From positions 1-10,693 of the forward strand of contig JBBRBK010000067.1 of assembly GCA_038205935.1 (NCBI GenBank): a stretch of 10,693 nt of DNA, in the 5' to 3' direction. The translations under genes and the position numbers were made by a program. Source of the stretch: Campylobacterales bacterium (GTDB taxonomy: Bacteria; Campylobacterota; Campylobacteria; Campylobacterales; Sulfurimonadaceae). A model generated the notes under the pieces. It had not been told where the DNA came from, ran no database searches, and saw nothing but the letters and a program-made list of their open reading frames with translations. Position 1 is the first letter of the stretch, and every line of letters begins with the position of its first letter. Below, one piece after another: positions 7,810 through 10,693 of the stretch.

Positions 7810-8345
7810 TTTCCAAACCTTGTATATTTACTAATATCAATCGTTGTGCCGTTGATAAGTGCGTGTATCATCTCGTGTATTGCATCAGCTGGCGTTGGGC
7901 ATCCTGGGAGAAAATAGTCTACATGTACAGCTTCATGCAAGGGAATCACTCTGTCCAAAAGTTTTGGAACAACAATAGAAGGGTATCTGTTTTTTTCATT
8001 CATATCTGCGAGTTCAAAATAGCCTCTTTGAAGGACTGCTTCGCTTCCGTAAAGATTTTTCATCGCAGAAATATTGCCCGTGATTGCACAATCTCCAAGA
8101 GCTAAAATAAGTTTGGAATTTGCCCGTATCTTCTTGATGATTTCTAGATCATGATCACTGCTAAGCGCGCCCTCGACAATAGTTAAATCCACATCTGTTG
8201 GAAACTCTTTAGCGTCAACGTAAGGACTGTAAACCACATCAAAATAGGGAGCGAGTTCTATGAGTCTCTCATCCATATCCAAAAAAGACATATGACAGCC
8301 AGAACATCCATCAAGCCAAATGGTCGCTAAGCGTATTTTATTCAT
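7806..8345 (-). CDS. hoxY: Group 3d hydrogenase small subunit (single [4Fe-4S] cluster)
   Basis: 179 aa with WLDGCSGCHMSFLD, GDCA and LPGCP. ATGA overlap with hoxH. Confidence 0.95.
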   Translation of the reverse strand: MNKIRLATIWLDGCSGCHMSFLDMDERLIELAPYFDVVYSPYVDAKEFPTDVDLTIVEGALSSDHDLEIIKKIRANSKLILALGDCAITGNISAMKNLYGSEAVLQRGYFELADMNEKNRYPSIVVPKLLDRVIPLHEAVHVDYFLPGCPTPADAIHEMIHALINGTTIDISKYTRFGK

Positions 8346-9060
8346 TTTCAGCCTTGCTTTTTAGTAGATTGAGGATGATTTCTCTTTTTGTGATGACATC
8401 CTCTTTTGAGATCTCTTTTTCATACAACGCTCCCGTTGGACAAACATAGACACATTTGCCACAACTCGTACAGCTTTGTGAATCGATCCAAGGTTCATCC
8501 ATATCGTGAATGATCATAGAGTTTATCCCGCGTCCGCCAATGTTGATAGCATTAGCGCCCTCTACTTCATTACACACACGTACACATCTTGTGCACAAGA
8601 TACATCTATTTGGGTCATAGACAAAGTTTTTATGTGAGGCATCAATGGCAAATCTTGAGTCAATGTATGGAACTAAAGAGTGTTCAAGCTGTAACTCAAC
8701 CGATTTATTTTGAAGTTCACAATCTCCATTTGCCTCACAAACACTGCAAGTATGACTACGCTCTGAAAATATCATAGAAAGAATCATCTTTCGGTGCGAA
8801 TCGATTTTTGCAGATGTCGTTATGACTTCCATATCCTCTTTAATTTTTGAAGTACAAGCTGGGACGAGTTCATGAGCGCCTTTGATCTCTACTAAACAAA
8901 GTCTGCATGACCCGACACAACTAAGCCCTTCAAGATAACAAAGTGTCGGAATAAAAATATCATGCTCTTTTGCAACTTCCAAAAGAGTCTGATTTGATCT
9001 GCCCGTCACTGTAATATCATTGATTTTAAAAGATTTTACACGTACTTTTTGCTTAATCAT
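8338..9060 (-). CDS. hoxU: Diaphorase Fe-S subunit (NuoG N-terminal-like)
   Basis: 240 aa with IPTLC...GSCRLC...PAC (2Fe-2S), HTCSVCEANGDC, CILCTRCVRVC and CTSCGKCVYVCP. Confidence 0.94.
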   Translation of the reverse strand: MIKQKVRVKSFKINDITVTGRSNQTLLEVAKEHDIFIPTLCYLEGLSCVGSCRLCLVEIKGAHELVPACTSKIKEDMEVITTSAKIDSHRKMILSMIFSERSHTCSVCEANGDCELQNKSVELQLEHSLVPYIDSRFAIDASHKNFVYDPNRCILCTRCVRVCNEVEGANAINIGGRGINSMIIHDMDEPWIDSQSCTSCGKCVYVCPTGALYEKEISKEDVITKREIILNLLKSKAENE

Positions 9061-10672
9061 TTTTTATCCCTTCGAGATATTCTGACTCAAAATAGCGTAT
9101 GGTGCTTAATACTGGATTTGGAGCGGTTTGTCCAAGCCCGCAGAGACTTGTACCTTTGACGACATTTGAAAGCTCTTTTAGGAGTTCGAAATCTGCCATT
9201 GTTGCCTCTTTTGCGATAAATTTTTCAAGTAAAAGCGTGAGCTGTGTCGTTCCCACGCGACAAGGAACACATTTGCCACACGATTCACTTTTACAAAAAT
9301 CCATAAAAAAGTGCGCTAATTCTACCATATTGGAACTCTCATCGATTACAATAACTCCACCGCTTCCCATAATGGTTCCAACACTTTTGAGTGAGTCATA
9401 ATCTATGGAAAGATTTAAAAATTGGGTAGGAATACAGCCTCCACTTGGACCACCTGTCTGGATCGCTTTGAGTGCTTTGCCATCGCTGACACCGCCTCCG
9501 ATCTCATAAATGAGTTCTCTAATAGTGATTCCCATCGGAACTTCGACCAAACCTGTATTTTTGATATGCCCAGTCAGAGCGAAAATCTTTGTTCCTGTAG
9601 ACGTTGGTGTGCCGATATTTTTAAACCACTCTCCACCGTTTTTTAAAATGGAGGGAATATTTGCCAAAGTTTCTACGTTGTTAAGCACTGTTGGTTCGCC
9701 CCAAAGTCCATAGTCACTCAAATGTGGCGGCTTTTGCCTTGGATTGCCCCTATTTCCTTCGATGGAAGCTATGAGCGCTGTAGCTTCTCCACATACAAAA
9801 GCACCTCCGCCAAGACGCACTTCTATATCAAAATCAAATCCGCTCTGGGCTATTTTATTTCCCAAAATTCCAAGTTTTCTAGCTTGTTTTATGGCACGAT
9901 TCAGTTTTTCAACCGCGACAGGATATTCCGCGCGGACATAGATATATCCTTTTGTTGCCTCACAAGCAAACCCGGCAATAATCATCCCCTCAATTACTTT
10001 ATGCGGATCAGCTTCCATAAGCGCTCTGTCCATAAATGCGCCTGGATCTCCCTCATCACCGTTACAAACGATATATTTTTGATCGCTTTGAACCTTGTAA
10101 ACACTTTCCCATTTTTGACCAGTAGGAAATCCGCCGCCGCCTCTACCACGCAGTCCGCTGATCTTGACTTCGTTGATAACATCAGGAGGCATCATGTCGT
10201 GTAGCACATGAAAGAGTGTCGCATATCCACCGTGGGCAATATAATCCTCAATATCATTTGGGTCAATGATTCCAGCATTTTCAAGCACTATTTTTGTCTG
10301 TTTTGTAAAAAATGGTTGATTTGTATCGCAAACTTTTAATAGGTAATTTTTCTGTTCTTCAATGGAGATAACTAGCGCATCTACATCATCTAGTGTGATC
10401 TCTTCATAAAGTGTGTTTTCTTTTGTAGAATTTTTATAGTGTGAAACAAGAGTTCCATTGGCACAAAGACCGCTGCAACCAACGCCCTTGACTCTGCATC
10501 TGCTTTGCAAATCTTTTTTTTCTATAGCAGTTTTAAGACTTTTTTCAATCTCATCAGCTCCGCGTGAGGCACAGCTACTGCCAATACAAACCCTAAGTTC
10601 CTCGACGATACTTGCTTCGTCACATCGTTTACAGTTTGCCAGTTCTTCTAACTCTAAAAGCGAGGTTATCAT
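9053..10672 (-). CDS. hoxF: Diaphorase flavoprotein subunit (NuoF-like; FMN, NAD(P)H, 2Fe-2S and 4Fe-4S)
   Basis: 539 aa with an N-terminal thioredoxin-like 2Fe-2S motif (CIGSSC...CSGLC), GLRGRGGGGFPTG, CNGDEGDPG, GAFVCGEATAL, NNVETL and ESCGKCVPCR...SLCGLG. RBS AGAGGAG at 10681-10687. Confidence 0.95.
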   Translation of the reverse strand: MITSLLELEELANCKRCDEASIVEELRVCIGSSCASRGADEIEKSLKTAIEKKDLQSRCRVKGVGCSGLCANGTLVSHYKNSTKENTLYEEITLDDVDALVISIEEQKNYLLKVCDTNQPFFTKQTKIVLENAGIIDPNDIEDYIAHGGYATLFHVLHDMMPPDVINEVKISGLRGRGGGGFPTGQKWESVYKVQSDQKYIVCNGDEGDPGAFMDRALMEADPHKVIEGMIIAGFACEATKGYIYVRAEYPVAVEKLNRAIKQARKLGILGNKIAQSGFDFDIEVRLGGGAFVCGEATALIASIEGNRGNPRQKPPHLSDYGLWGEPTVLNNVETLANIPSILKNGGEWFKNIGTPTSTGTKIFALTGHIKNTGLVEVPMGITIRELIYEIGGGVSDGKALKAIQTGGPSGGCIPTQFLNLSIDYDSLKSVGTIMGSGGVIVIDESSNMVELAHFFMDFCKSESCGKCVPCRVGTTQLTLLLEKFIAKEATMADFELLKELSNVVKGTSLCGLGQTAPNPVLSTIRYFESEYLEGIKND

Positions 10673-10693
10673 TGTAGTATCTCCTCTATTTTT
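10669..10693 (-). CDS. Probable 3' end of the upstream gene (likely hoxE), partial
   Basis: An open frame ...KIEEILQ-TGA whose stop overlaps the hoxF ATG (ATGA). The hoxE identity is inferred only from the usual hoxEFUYH order. Confidence 0.4.

Noticed and set aside
8507..8520. TGAATGATCATAGA, resembling the operator
   Set aside because: Two mismatches in the right arm, and it lies inside hoxU with no promoter context.

Overview
An AT-rich, gene-dense window with every gene on the minus strand. It holds three different [NiFe]-hydrogenase systems in tandem; the protein style suggests Campylobacterota (Sulfurimonas/Sulfuricurvum-like, which is an inference). In transcription order, right to left: the probable 3' tip of hoxE; hoxF-hoxU-hoxY-hoxH (cyanobacterial-type group 3d bidirectional hydrogenase) and a HoxW-type maturation protease; a TetR regulator; a cytoplasmic group 2d-type small/large subunit pair; then Tat-exported group 1b hydA-hydB and the start of hydC. 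Two observations stand out. (1) HoxF has GEATAL instead of the canonical GEETAL, plus KPPH instead of KPP[F/Y], which predicts a natural shift toward NADP(H). (2) A shared palindrome, TGAAT-N4-ATTCA, lies just upstream of the RBS of both tetR and hydA, suggesting that one TetR protein with a CxxxxC motif co-regulates the group 2d and group 1b hydrogenases. No RNA genes, mobile elements or CRISPR arrays were seen.
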